Positions 44,085 to 57,657 are shown, numbered from the stretch's first letter. The stretch is DNA of 64,000 nucleotides from Eledone cirrhosa (GCA_964016885.1 OZ024742.1:123256001-123320000), one strand, 5' to 3'. Notes: generated by a model not told the origin, from the sequence alone. Numbers and translations: made by a program.

Positions 44085-44340
44085 TAGACACATAGCTTAG
44101 TGGTTAAGATATTTGGCTCACAATTATAAAGTCGTGAGTTCGATTCACGACAACGTGTTGTGTCCTTGAGCAAGATACATTGTTTCATATTACTCCAGCT
44201 CATTCAACTGACAAAAATGAGCAGTACCTGTCATTTGGAGGGCCATGGTCACATTCTGTGCCAGCTGAATCTCTCTGAGTCCTACGTTAGGGATACACAA
44301 GTCATTTGAATGACGATTGACAAGACTTCTGCCTCTACAT
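44085..44340 (+). mobile_element. SINE family 2
   Basis: tagcttagtggttaag...gagttcgattc...gtgtccttgagcaagatac. Confidence 0.8.
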
Positions 44341-44669
44341 CGTGATCAGTTCTAATAGCGCCTGCAAGGTATGCAAACTTATTGATTCTTTTCCATTTGC
44401 TTTTCAGGCACACTGTGATCTTGAGGCATCGCAATATCAATTAGGGTCCATTTTCTTTGTGGCCTTGATCTCAAGCTCCCCTGATGGGCAGGATTCAAGA
44501 GGATTCATTAAAGATGACACAGGACGATACTAATTGGATCTTTATGTGTAAAGGGGGTGGCAACATAAAAATAAACAGTTGAAAAATTCAAATGAAATAT
44601 AATTACCCGATAGGCAAAGACTTCCGAGGGTCTCTCATTGAGAAAGCTCACAAAAGGCCACAGTCACCA

Positions 44670-45250
44670 TAGCTGCTAGGGCAATTGCTCCATCCCAATA
44701 GTCCTTCTCCAATCTAAAGGCACATGCTTAGTGCAGGCCCGTTCAATTGGACCATATTCGTCGCTCTCAACCACGTTTGATAAAACTGTTTGAAATGCAG
44801 CCCTTGCTTGCATCACCACCTTCAATTTCCTCTTTAAATGTAACCTAAAATAGTTGATCACGGCTTCACCGAAGAAGAAAGTGCTTGCCTTCATACCTGT
44901 CAAATGCTTCCACCACATGCCCTCTTTCACCATGATCACCAGGCACAACAAAACAGCCTACCCTTTCTGCTTAATGGAAGGCTGTGTAGCAATCTTTATT
45001 TTACAAGTGACAGCTGGTGTTCGACATAAACACGCACCTCAGTGATGCTCCAGTGATGGATGAGTTCGTGCAAGGTGGATCCGTCACACTGCGCGCATCT
45101 GGGATAAGCCCAATTGACGTTTATCTCGAACTGGCAATGCTCCCCAGAAAGCTGTCACTAGTTGAGCATCATTGATGCCCAGAATTTCCACAAGAACATC
45201 GTCACATTTACACGCCACTAACCCTTTATAGACCCTGAAGGTGTCAAACC
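44670..45250 (-). mobile_element. L1/Tx1-clade LINE ORF2 C-terminal remnant
   Basis: FWGALPVRDK (zf-RVT-like) and VKEGMWW...VINYFRLHLKRKLKV resemble Tx1-type C-termini; decayed. Confidence 0.55.
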
Positions 45251-45320
45251 GGTTTATATATACATACATATATATATATATATGTGTGTGTTTTTGTGTG
45301 TGTATGTGTGTGTGTGCGTG

Positions 45321-45446
<126 letters not shown>

Positions 45447-45630
45447 TGTGTCTGATGGTAGTTAAGATGGTTCCATAGACGGTATGCCGGTTGAGCACTC
45501 TATGCTCTTACAGAACAGAGTATGATAGAATAGAAAACGAAAAATCAGTGATGCATCTGAACTCAATTTATTGTGTGTAACAATTGTTTCGCCGGCGGAC
45601 AGCTCGAGACACGATATTGTGTGGATCACT

Positions 45631-45669
<39 letters not shown>

Positions 45670-45725
45670 CCGTATGTAGTTGACGGCCGGCGGAAAAGAG
45701 TACTCAATACAGAATTAGGGTTTAA

Positions 45726-45878
45726 ATATTCATTTTATTAAGGCTAAATAGTGAGTCGTGTTACTCTGGAGTTTCGGTTTCTTCTCACATGTTTATCAGA
45801 TGTCTGACAACACTGTGGGAAGCAGGCGAAATACCAGAGTAACAAGTCTCACTATTTATCCTGAATAAAATGAAAATA
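45726..45878. repeat. Diverged palindrome with hammerhead remnants starting at the centre
   Basis: Plus: tgt-CTGACAA...GAAA-taccagag-TA-aca; minus: CTGATAA...GAAA-CTCCAGAG-TA-aca. Confidence 0.65.
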
Positions 45879-46298
45879 TATATGTGTGTGTGTGTGAGAG
45901 AGTGGGTTTCGTTATGTGCGTGTGTTCCAGGGTGGTGAGCACAGTTATAAAATACGTTGGTGGTGTATAGTTACCTTTATTATATATAGAAATGACTTCT
46001 ACAGGCTAGAGCTGTTTCATTCGTGAGAGGTCATCAGGAATGTCCTTATGATTTTATAGGAATGAAACAGTTCTAGTCCTGTAAAAATCATTTCTCTAAA
46101 TAATATACATATATTTATATATATTTTAGTATTCAAATTTATTATTATTACTATATATATATATATGTGTGTGTAGGAGGTGAGTTTTATTGTAGTACAA
46201 TAAAGCAATGCAGATATCGGATAAGAAGCACTCTACAGTTTGTAGGACTGGAGTATACATAATATATAAGAACAAAAGATGGTTAAAAGAGTTCCATG

Positions 46299-46366
46299 TA
46301 TTTTATGCGCATTTCAAAAACAAATATCATCATGCAATAATATTTGTGTTTTCATCAGATAAAACA
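46299..46366 (-). ncRNA. Family D hammerhead with 3-nt deletion at the cleavage site/stem I junction
   Basis: Inverted partner of 46456-46526; core intact but reads GAAATGCGCATAAAATA. Confidence 0.6.
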
Positions 46367-46455
46367 GGAGGACATGATATGAAGGTTAAACATGATATGT
46401 TGATTTAAAACTGAACTATCCACAAGTGTTTTTTAACCTTCATATCATGTCCTCC

Positions 46456-46526
46456 TGTTTTATCTGATGAAAACACAAATATTATTGCATGATGATATTT
46501 GTTTTTGAAATGCGCATAATAAAATA
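46456..46526 (+). ncRNA. Type I hammerhead ribozyme (family D)
   Basis: tgttttat-CTGATGA-[aaacacaaatattattgcatgatgatatttgttttt hairpin]-GAAA-TGCGCA-TA-ataaaata; GCGC palindromic loop III, AUA triplet. Confidence 0.85.
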
Positions 46527-46563
46527 CATGGAACTCTTTTAACCATCTTTTGTTCTTATATAT

Positions 46564-46641
<78 letters not shown>

Positions 46642-46648
<7 letters not shown>

Positions 46649-47060
46649 ATGCATTGGGAGGGTCATGCTGTCAATAAAAAACACACGTACCTGTTGGTTT
46701 TCATTTCAATTTATTATGAATTTCCGGTTGGTTGGTGGGTTCGATTACCGGATGGTTGTTTATAAATTGTCAAATTTCTTTCATCACGCATTCTGTGACT
46801 TCCTTAGACACAAAATAAAAATCCAGTCATTGAGGAGGTCAGAGAATGTGTGGCGAAAGAGCTTTGAGAATATATAAACAAACGTCCGATTATCTAACCA
46901 ACCAACCAACCAACTAAGCTGAAATTTATAATAAATTGAAGAGAAAATCAACATGTGCGTGTGTGTATTATTGGCAGCATGACCCTCCCAAAGTATAACA
47001 ATATCTCTTTCAACACACGTATTCAGATAAGAAATCTTGCAAAACAAATTTAAAAACGAG
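46642..47060. mobile_element. Family C palindromic element with decayed hammerhead motifs near the centre
   Basis: Diverged inverted arms; ttgagga-ggtcagagaatgtgtggc-gaaa on plus and ctaagga-agtcacagaatgcgtgat-gaaa on minus. Confidence 0.75.
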
Positions 47061-47991
47061 TATATATATATATATGGATTTAATTATGTCTTGCAATATA
47101 GATTTTTCATTTACTTCAATTTTGTTCTAGAACAAGATTATATGTAGTTGTTATTTCGAGGTAAAACATCCGTGATTTAGCATTCATTATTCATTATATT
47201 TTACTCAGTATATTAAAAGTGTCATATCACCAATCTTCGGTGGCAAATTTTCGTAAGAATAGAAGCCACTAAACGGGTTTTCCGTGCAACACAATTTATT
47301 ATGGAAAACGGTCGAAATAAATTGATAGAAAAGCGTACTGTATGACTTTACTAATTCCTTTATCTTGTGTAAAAAATTACTTCTAGAAGATGGTTCTTCT
47401 ATTTTAACTACATACAGATATCAATTTATCTCGAAAATGAACTAACTGAAAGTGAAAGCGTTAGAAAAGAATACAAAATTACAACACCAATTCAACATCT
47501 AAGGAGTGATTCATTCCCCTTAAACATCACCATCACCATAGCCTGCGTGGTCACCAACACCACTACCAGCACCAGTTCCATCGCCACAACCAGCATACTA
47601 CCTCGTATTGCAAAGAAATTATGTACGCTACAAACATACTTTTTGCAAAGAAAACCGATTTCATGGAAATTTATAAAACGATAAAGATTAAGATGAGATG
47701 CAACAGAATAAAATCCGAAGAATATTCGATGTCCATTAATTTCCAAATCCTTCTCTATGGAAATATCAGTTATATTGACAATGTGAAAGTCTGTGAAATA
47801 TATTGTTTAATACAAAGTCAATATGTATGTTTATATTAAGTCTTGTATAAACAGAACTTCTACAAGATACTCCAAATATTTTAACCGCACACACACGTAT
47901 GCATATATGTGTGCGAGTAATCGGGCATTAGAACAGTTTCCATCAATCAATGTTTATTCAGGAGGTCTTGGTGAATATTAGTTTATTATAG

Positions 47992-48397
47992 AAATCACTT
48001 GCCCAAAATGCTGTGTGGAGAAGATGAATTCTCAAAAGTATTTACTAACGAATCGAACTTCTTAACCACACAACCATGCTTGCGATTGGCATCTAGTTTT
48101 CTCTCAATAATTGCGTTCTTGTCTTAGGCATTTCTATATTTAATGATGTGATTGCATTTCAAATGATAACGAGTTTTGTAATACATATGAATATACATAC
48201 ATACATATATTTATATATATATATATGTATGTATCTATGTATATAGAAATGCCTAAGACTAGAACGCAATTATTGAGAGTCGACAAGAAAACTAGATGCC
48301 AAATCGCAAGCATGGTTGTGTGGTTAAGACGTTCGATTCGTTAGTAAATACTTATGAGAATTCATCTTCTCCACACAGTATTTTGGGCAAGTGATTT
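47992..48397. repeat. Local inverted duplication (about 150 bp)
   Basis: 47992-48139 vs 48241-48397. Confidence 0.9.
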
Positions 48398-48403
48398 ATA
48401 TAT

Positions 48404-48456
<53 letters not shown>

Positions 48457-49783
48457 TACAAGGACGATTTGTTAGGCCTTCATTACGTTTATTGATTGGT
48501 GACGCGCTTCGCTATTGATCAGCTCAACGTTCGATCTGTATCCATCTGGCTTGACTCTGGAATCAAAAGCTCGTCGGGCCTGGGTTGTAGTAATGACAGA
48601 GCGAATATACATGGCATATAAATGTTGAACCTTCATATGTTGGTCAGTTTATGTTGTTTTGATGTGTGGTTTCATTATGAAGAATGTTTTGGCATGTATG
48701 ATAGGTGGGGGTGGGTGAGCGTAGTGACAACGTAATGGTGGGGAGCAATGGTTGATGTGAGTTGCGGGCTGTGTTGTTTTGGCTTGCCCTATACATGTCG
48801 GCATGTATATGGTGAGGCGGAGCTGTTGTGTGTGGTGTGGATATGGTAGGGCTGTTCATGATATGAGATGAAAAATTGCGATGTTGTACTAGGGGCAGGG
48901 GCGTTTAAACTGGTCATCAGTTTATCACTGGTTAGTGGGTGGGTTATCCTGTATAGGCCTATTTAAAGGGGATATGTGCTATAAGGAATTAATGAGGTGA
49001 TGCTAATGATATGAGGTTAGTGTATGGAAATATATATATTAAAAGATATAAATGAGGAATTATGGCATAAGGCTAGTGTTTGTAACGACCATAGAAAAGA
49101 CTATAAAGATAATTTTTATAGAAAACATTGTTGCTTGATCACTGCGTGTATGGGCAAGCTACCTGTTTGGTGCATATTGTGTGAAAGAGTATAAAAGGGA
49201 AAATAAATAAATAAATAAATAAACATATCTACACACTCACCCAGAGGCATATGTCCACGCATGCAGATCCATGCATGAATGTAAATATATATATATACAA
49301 ATATATATATATATATATATATATATCACCCCACATAGGCACACGTGGAAAGTACAGGGAGTCAGATGGGCGTGTCTTACTATATGCGTCTGCTCGAGGC
49401 TGGGGATATGGAGTTTCCATACTGGTCATGCTGCACTCCCGCAGTGGCACCACAGCCTCGTACGCATCATAAGAGTTATATATCGTATATATGTATGCGT
49501 CCCCGCATGAGTACACGCTAACGAGATAAGCGTGCTCACTGTCCAGGGGTCCATACTACGATAAGGTTGTGCAGGGGTGCAAGCAAATACATATGCTCAT
49601 GCACACATAAACACTCACGCACCCATCACATATACGTGTATACATCCATACATATACATACATACATGCACACACGAGACAGGTGTAGGTGTACGTGCGA
49701 CGGCATTGCATGTAGAAGATATCGTGTGGGGTTAAAAGGTGGTATAAATATAGGAGAAGGGTGAACATTTACTAGAGAATGCA

Positions 49784-50185
49784 AGCAGCCTAATTTGCAT
49801 ATCGAGTGATTTAGTCGGCCGGGCGTACCGAAAACGATAAATGCAAACGATAAACGCAAATTAGGCTGCTCAGCCGTTAATATGCATAAGGAAAGTATAT
49901 ACTTTCAAACGTTCAATCAACTGACAGGAAGATATACGATGCTGATGACAGCTAATAAGCTAGAAACTAGTTCATCGTTCTTTTGTCAGTGTTGAACAAA
50001 ATGGGAACGATGGTTGCCGAACACTGTACGTCTAATAATTCGGGCTGTTTGTTTACAAACAAACCGAGCATTATAATAAATGTTCGGTAAACCCATACGT
50101 ACATATATATATATATGTGTGCATGTATGTATGTATATACATACTACTGTACGTCTGTATACATATATGTATGTACGTATACATA

Positions 50186-50190
<5 letters not shown>
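49784..50190 (+). mobile_element. Family A hammerhead element with inverted 5' segment
   Basis: 49856-50190 is homologous to the family A unit (34071-34380 and adjacent); 49784-49855 is in the opposite orientation; ends in (TA)n. Confidence 0.85.
49936..49978 (+). ncRNA. Minimal type I hammerhead ribozyme (family A)
   Basis: acgatg-CTGATGA-c-agct-aata-agct-a-GAAA-CTAG-TT-catcgt; stem I has a compensatory change relative to the 33.7-kb copy. Confidence 0.85.
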
Positions 50191-50258
<68 letters not shown>

Positions 50259-50295
50259 ACATATATATAATGTAAAATACACACACGCACACACG

Positions 50296-50329
<34 letters not shown>

Positions 50330-50386
50330 CGTATAATCATATATATGTATGCATGTATGTGTGTATATATGTGTTTGCCTGAGTGC

Positions 50387-50458
<72 letters not shown>

Positions 50459-50734
50459 CAGGTTTACATATATTGGATTTTGCATGTGTAAGTGGAATGG
50501 AATTATTTCAATATTTAGCAATTTATTTTGCTATCTTTGTCGACTTTTTAATCGACATCTACAGAGATACTCAAGCACAAACACTCTCAAACGCAGGTGT
50601 GTATGTGTACGTGTGCATGCTCGTGTATTCAAAAGCGTTTGCGTTATGATGTATTTGTCCTCGGTTTTTTATTACAGAATATTCATGATATTCACGTTGA
50701 TTAACGTTAATATTATTATTACAATATTTAGAAA

Positions 50735-50865
50735 ACTGTGGATTGGCAGTATCTGTAGTGCGTCGTACAACACGCTTTGCAGCATAGAGTTATGGGCCTT
50801 TGCATTCTGAGTTCAAATTCCACTGACATTAGCTTTGCCTTTCATCCTATATCAGGATTAAATTA
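50735..50865 (+). mobile_element. SINE family 1, 3'-truncated
   Basis: gtggattggcagtatc...gagttcaaattcc...ctttgcctttcatcc. Confidence 0.8.
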
Positions 50866-53481
50866 AAGTGAAAACAAAGTATATATATATAAATGAATGT
50901 GTGTGTGAGTGACAGCGATTATGATACACCTTGATCTTCTGTATACATTCAATATGGAAGGCCATCCGAGAAATTGTGAATAGTGTTTTATAATTCATTA
51001 AATTCCGAAGTTCTCAAGGCCAGACAATGATAGAATGACTAAAGTAGGTAAAACCCGTAATATTACAGGTATGTGTTTATGATGTCTTAGGAAAGAAACC
51101 AGCCGGATGAATTGGAGACGATTGCTTCTGATAGCGCTCGCTGTTCTCTGTAATAGAGTAGTTTGTTTTTATTGTCTAGTTAGAATTGTTAAGAGAAAGC
51201 CATTAGTGCAAGTTCTCGGACTATATTAACTAACGTTTTCTTTTTGTAAGGATGTCATTAAGACACATTTGGTTGCTTTTATCTAGTAGTTCACGAAACT
51301 ATATATATGTTATCTCAATGCGTTATTTTGATGAGCCTTCTCTTCTATAGTCCCGTAGCTCCTGGAAGAATTGGAGAATTGTCCTGGTGGTATACACCGT
51401 TTCTCGGACATTTTAGGCCTGGTGAAGCCCAACACTCTCCAGTAATAGACTGGTACTAAACTGTTACATTTTTACCGACCTCAACAGGATTTGATCTCAG
51501 AGAGCCGAGAGCCGCAATAAATACCGCAAAGCTTTCTATTCGCCACCACTTCGATGGGGTTACTATGTTGTAAAAGTTGATTTAGAAATACAATCAAAAT
51601 GAAATTGATACATATGGAAATGCTGTGAAATGGAAAAATACAGTTTGAAGAGATGTCCCATGGAGTTCACTGCCAAAAATATCAGTCTTTCAGAATCAAA
51701 GAAGTCATTATGATCAACAAGAAAAATCCACAAATAAATAATGATTGAAAATGCACGAGGTGGATTGGCTAATATAACGGCTCCACGCATGCCTATTTTA
51801 GACACTTATACTAGTTAGGGAAGAACAAATCGATCGTTCGTTCCTTTTTGTTTTGAACCGTTTTAGTTTTACATTTGAAAAGAGGTTATAGATCTGAAAT
51901 ATCCTGTTGAAATATACTGGGTAAAATATCACTTTTCTTTGTTTTACCAGTCTTCCTTTGCCTTTGATATATTTCTACCGCTTTCTACCGACTTTTTCAA
52001 ACGTATGAATCATTTATTACATATCCTACAATGCTTCGTATTAACTATACTACTTTATTCTCATCAGTCTCTACTTCGTGTTAAATTGTAACATACACCA
52101 CGTCAGTCTTATTTCAAAAGAATTCGGGTTGACCACTACGTGCCTAACAATTCTACCTCGTGTTCTTTTACTATTGAAATACAATAATATCGACGCAAAC
52201 ATAAAATGTTATATATTTTTAATAACCTATGTTATCCAGCTAGAATATTCTGACTTATACAAAGAGTAATAAATGATTGTTCGATGAAATATAAAAACAG
52301 AAATGTATATTTAAATGTATGCTTCATTGATTTTGTATCAGAAATATCAATTTTATTGTTGGAAACTAGTCTATACTTTTCAGGGTGATTAATATAATAT
52401 ATTGAAATGACTTTGGTATATTACTGGTTCATATTTTATTTTAAAAAAGTGGATAGAATTCAGATGATAAATTTCAGCTGCTAGAAAGATGAAACATAGT
52501 ATTATGTAGGATTTCGTCCGTATTTTTACTGTTTCAATCGTATTCATGTCTGTTTTACTAGAATGGTCACTTAAACAACAGAGTACTTGAAATATTTAGA
52601 AATTTCGCTACTAAAAATCTATAATTTTATTATGTTATATAATAAATGAAATAATTTCTAGTTGGTACAATATTTGTTATAGCCAATGCTGATAACATTA
52701 AGAGACGACACTTAAAATGAGTGAACTATTCTATACGGAAAAACAGTTTGGATCCCATGAATAATGCTTAATTTTTTAAAGTCTATAATATTGTACATAC
52801 CAAAGCTAATTATTGCTATGTAACCTGAAGTTCTGTACAAATATAATCTCTAATCATCTTCATCATATATATAATATATTCTCCCATTTGCATCGGCCAT
52901 TATCACTGATGAGGCACCTATCCAGTTCATGGGTAGTGAAAGGGTCTGGTGAGGCATGTCTCCCGGGCACTACAGCGTGGGCCCGGTGGTCGTCTTGCTA
53001 CTGGGAGTCCCTTGCAGGGCTAGAAAGGTAACGTCCGTGCTGTTCATACTAAGCTATCAAGCGACATCATTACTCGAAATCGAGCCGAAGCCATCATATA
53101 TGTATATACATATTTTGATCAACAAGAATGTTTTGATCAAGCACAATATTCTGGTCCAGGTGATATAGATAGGTGAGTATCGCAACTCTTTTCTTATTTA
53201 ACTGTTGGAATCTTTATATCTCGCTTATTGTTATCTAACTGTTTGTTCTATATGGGTGGTGCTTTCCTCTGAAAGAATCAATATGATATGCGCCGTAGCA
53301 TATTTTACATCCACGTGACTTGGCTTACGTTGAGCATTTAAATAAACCTTGATCAGAAAATTTCGTTGGCTTTTGTAACTTTGCCATTAAATCGCTCTAA
53401 TTCCTCAACATCTCTCTCTCTCTCTTTCTATACACATATATATAGGCGCACAATCACACAGACACACACACACACACGCGC

Positions 53482-53541
<60 letters not shown>

Positions 53542-53814
53542 ACACCTATATATATATATATATATATCGGACAGACCACGTTTACAATAGGATCAATTTG
53601 TGGCTTCATAAAATAATGAAATATATCTCGTTCATGTCAATATATGTAAGTTTATCCATCATAGCAATTCAGGAGCCATTTATTATGTAAGGAGGCATAT
53701 ATTGATGTACGTTGAAAGTAAACTGGATATACGTTTATGTAGGAATATATTTTACTGAATATGTCTTTTATTTTGACGGAACCAATGTATTGAGAGATAA
53801 TTATCTTCGTCGTG

Positions 53815-53975
53815 AAGGCGGCGGCGAATTGGCAGGGTCGTTAGAAAGTAAGATAGAATGCTTCCCTGTATATGCTCTGACTCTCTGCGCTCACTAACTT
53901 CAAGTCCCATCGAAGTCAACTTTGTCTTTCATCCTTCCCAAGTCGATAAGTTTTATCACTTCTGTACTGTGGTCT
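53815..53975 (+). mobile_element. SINE family 1, diverged
   Basis: ggcggcgaattggcagggtcgttag head and body. Confidence 0.75.
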
Positions 53976-54016
53976 ATTCTTCCTTGATATATATTTATCT
54001 CTTCTTCCATTTTTCT

Positions 54017-54086
<70 letters not shown>

Positions 54087-55759
54087 GCTTATATATATAT
54101 ATAGATAGATATAGATGTGTGTGTGTGTGTTATTTACTACTCCGGAAAAAATCGGCTGAAGACGGGATGAGCTCGTAGATGTTTTAAAATGCCCATAACA
54201 TTATGTATGTCACGACATCCTAAGACTCAGTCAGGTGATGCAGGTCTAAGACATTCATATTTTCAGTGTGGGCTGAACATTGCATCGGTGATCAGAGGAT
54301 ACAGAAGTGCAAGACTTTAGCAACTTAGCTACCTACGTCTCTCACTAACTTTGTAGCTATTCACATTTTACTCCTCTCGTGATTCTTAAACATGATTTAT
54401 TTTTTCTTTTGCAATATAATTTATTATAAAATTCATCGAATCACAAATTTTTTATGTAGGTATTTTATTTCTTTACAACCACATTACAAAGTGTTTTGGA
54501 TAGAAAATTTAGTTCCATCACTGAATTTCTTAAGAAAATTACTGTTTGGGTCTTTGGTTCAAATACGTTTTTATGTGCTAAACAGTATCTTGTCTGAAGC
54601 TACAACGTTCATTTCAACTTACTTTCATGTGTTGTTTGCCATGAAGATATATTCTTTTGCGTTTCGTCGTAACATGGCAAGCGATTTCAGTTAACCGAAA
54701 ATTTTCTACAACATTACATAGTTTACAAATAAAAGTGAAGTATATTTCGAATAAAACGCAATATAATTGATTTCTTGCAGAATATTTTCCGAGAATCGAT
54801 TATCCAAATCTCAGCTGTAAGAGTGAAATATTCTGTAGCTTTACAGAACTTTAATTATACACCATTTGTCACAGAGATTTACAAATCATGGGAGGGATAT
54901 AAAAGAATTGACTCAAAGATTTTACTGGTACATATTTGTCGAAATTGTAATGTTAAAAGCTAAATTCGTCTCTTATGTGATCTAAACTAATTTTTGCAAA
55001 GTATTTACTTCGATAATATATTGTTCTGTTACATCTTCACCCAAAATAACCTTTGCCAAAACAAATAAAATGATTAATGTTATTAGTTTGTATTTAATTG
55101 GATCGATGCGAAGGACCCCTTAACAGCCACTCGATTTGTTAGAAATAGCACCTAAATCTCCCGCGAACTGCTTCCTAACGTCTTAGAAGAGAACGTGTTG
55201 GTTATTGTCGTCCTGGTTTTCTTGCACAGAAAACAGATGTACCGATTGCTACGTTTGTAGAATCAGTGCTGACTCGTAATTAGGCAACAACACCAATTGT
55301 CCAATTACACACACCTCCGACATCCAAAAAGTGGTGTAGACAGCCACTTTCAATCCCTGTCCCATTTTAATCACCACCAGCACGGCTCTAAAACTCTATT
55401 CTCCTATATCACAGTCTAATGAAAGTTGTCGCTTCAGAAATTTGGATGAAGCAGTATAGTTCCAATTATCATCAGCAACGCATTCTAATCTATCTAGCAC
55501 ACGAGTTTCCCAGCTGACGCGGAATAGATCTCTTCCCTGCATAAATTGCTTCCTCTCAGATGGCCCTCGATGACCTACTTTCTGTCATCTACTACTTTTT
55601 GTCATCTACTACAACATCCCCTATTATATTATCACCTATCCGTCCAGAAAGTTACCACATGAATTCTAAACACCTTAAACCAAACTGATAACTTGACAGT
55701 GACGCCGAAAACAACCTGCATTAAGATTATACCGATCTTATCTCTCACAACAGCACAAA

Positions 55760-56151
55760 AACAATCAGGTAAATAGAATCTTATTTAACCAACCACCTCT
55801 TCGCATATATATGTATAGACAGCCACCACACTAGAGCTTTCAATGCTGCTACACATTCTCGGCCATGCAGCCATTGACGATCTCTTCTGGCGAATGCTCC
55901 TTCTCAACTTAGCAAAGCCTGTTTCTCAAAGATTGGCTTTCGCTTTTAGAGCCAGGAACGACTTAAGCTATTTACAATTGCAAGCATTCTACAAATCTCA
56001 TATTTGGCCTACAACAGAGTGTTGTTTCCATACCTTGAATAGTGTTATTGCTAAGCATGAACATGTCATACCCAACTCTAAAACTATCAAATAATTAGTA
56101 TGAATGTTTTTACCAGCAAAACCTATCTTCTTCTGCACAAACGCACGTTCT

Positions 56152-56250
<99 letters not shown>

Positions 56251-56493
56251 TCTCTATCTCACTTTCTGTCTCTGTACCTTTTCGTCCACAACTAGAGTAC
56301 AACTGATTATTGGATCTGTCTGAGGCCATGTCACCTCCATTATGATACTCCCTGCTCTCACGTGTCCTACCCCTTTCAGTATTCATTCGTCAGGGCCTCT
56401 ATTGATCACACTACTTTAACCATCTAGAATTCCTTCCTTGCACCAACTTTTCCAGCTATTAACCTACAATTATTCAAGAGAAACTTTAACCGA
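55760..56493 (+). mobile_element. CR1/Jockey-group LINE 3' remnant interrupted by (CT)n(TA)n
   Basis: LAKPVSQRLAFAFRARNDLSYLQLQAFYKSHIWPTTECCFHT resembles the post-RT consensus; ends NLQLFKRNFNR. Confidence 0.7.
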
Positions 56494-56971
56494 TTTTATG
56501 GGACCAACCTCGGAGGGCGTGAGGTGGAAATGAGCACACACCATTCTTCCAGATCGGAATTGTAATTATTTTTTAACCAAAATGTTATATCTATAGAGCA
56601 AGATGCGATGCTATAATGTTCATGCATTTCACCTAAATATTTATGATACGACGGAACGTCATTCAGCTCCAAATCAACCCCCATAATCAATTGAATCAAT
56701 GTTTATCAAATGTCTTAAGGGAAATTAAAAGTTTCGTTGATATAGTAAAATAGTATTACTTAAAAATGGTGCTGTATATGGGGAATATTTATGATTTAGA
56801 TTTACGAAGCAACTACAAATTATTGCTTTCTTTCACCAATATTGAACGGCAATGAAAGTCAGCATATAATAGAGAAATTGCAACAGCTGTTGGTAATTCT
56901 GAAAACTTCTGCTGCTATATATGTTTGGCTACGATTAGGTATGAAAGGTGATGGTGAGAGAAAATTATTGT

Positions 56972-57250
56972 TATCTATATATCTAAAACAGAGAATGTCT
57001 GTCTGTCTGACTCCCTAAAACCCGAGAACCACCCAACCGATTGTTTTCAAACTTTACACTTGTAATACTTATGGTCCTGTGAGTATTTGGGGCACAGAAT
57101 ATTGCAAATGTTCAATGCCCTAGAGGCCGCATTAGGCGATTTAGAGATATCTCTCTATAATTCTTAGTCTTTCGTTTTAGATAGATACATAGATATAACG
57201 TTGCGCCCTTATAATAACTGTCTGTATGTCTAGCTGTCTGCATTACGACA
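56972..57250 (+). mobile_element. Possible non-autonomous Helitron/Helentron 5' fragment
   Basis: tatctatatatctaaaa...(gtct)n...aaccgatt...ttcaaacttt pattern. Confidence 0.45.
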
Positions 57251-57291
57251 TTATGACGCTATATGTATGTGTTTGTATATATGTATATATA

Positions 57292-57337
<46 letters not shown>

Positions 57338-57482
57338 TTATATAGTGTGTACCGTTTTTCGAAATATTTACTTCTGCGTTCACAGATTGATTTTTTTAGT
57401 TTCAGGAGATCCCGTTAAGGGTGAAAGCAGCGATTATTTGCTTAAACTTTCATCTGTTATTGTAATATATATATATATATAT

Positions 57483-57653
57483 AACGAAGGAGGTGTGGTA
57501 AGGAACCAGATGGACCCCATAACGCACCAGAGTATTCAATACTTAGGGTAGTAGAATGGGTAATAGAGAAATGTTTGACCGACCCCGACGGCTATTTCTG
57601 GACTGAAATAGCCTTCGAAACGGCTTGAGCTCTGCCGTCGGGGTCAAACATTT

Positions 57654-57657
<4 letters not shown>
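57483..57657. mobile_element. Family E short element in (TA)n
   Basis: aacgaaggaggtgtggtaaggaaccagatggacc...gagtattcaatac...gaaacggcttgagctctgccgtcggggtc. Confidence 0.8.

Larger units (their letters stand above)
46171..46565. mobile_element. Family D hammerhead element, head-to-head inverted pair
   Basis: 46260-46389 is inverted to 46433-46565; microsatellite on both flanks. Confidence 0.85.

Noticed and set aside
48495-48535. Minus-strand gct...agc-gaag-cgcg-tc hammerhead remnant
   Set aside because: Core and stem I too decayed to support.
52907-52945. CTGATGAGGC hammerhead-like start
   Set aside because: No matching stem II closed by GAAA at a suitable position.
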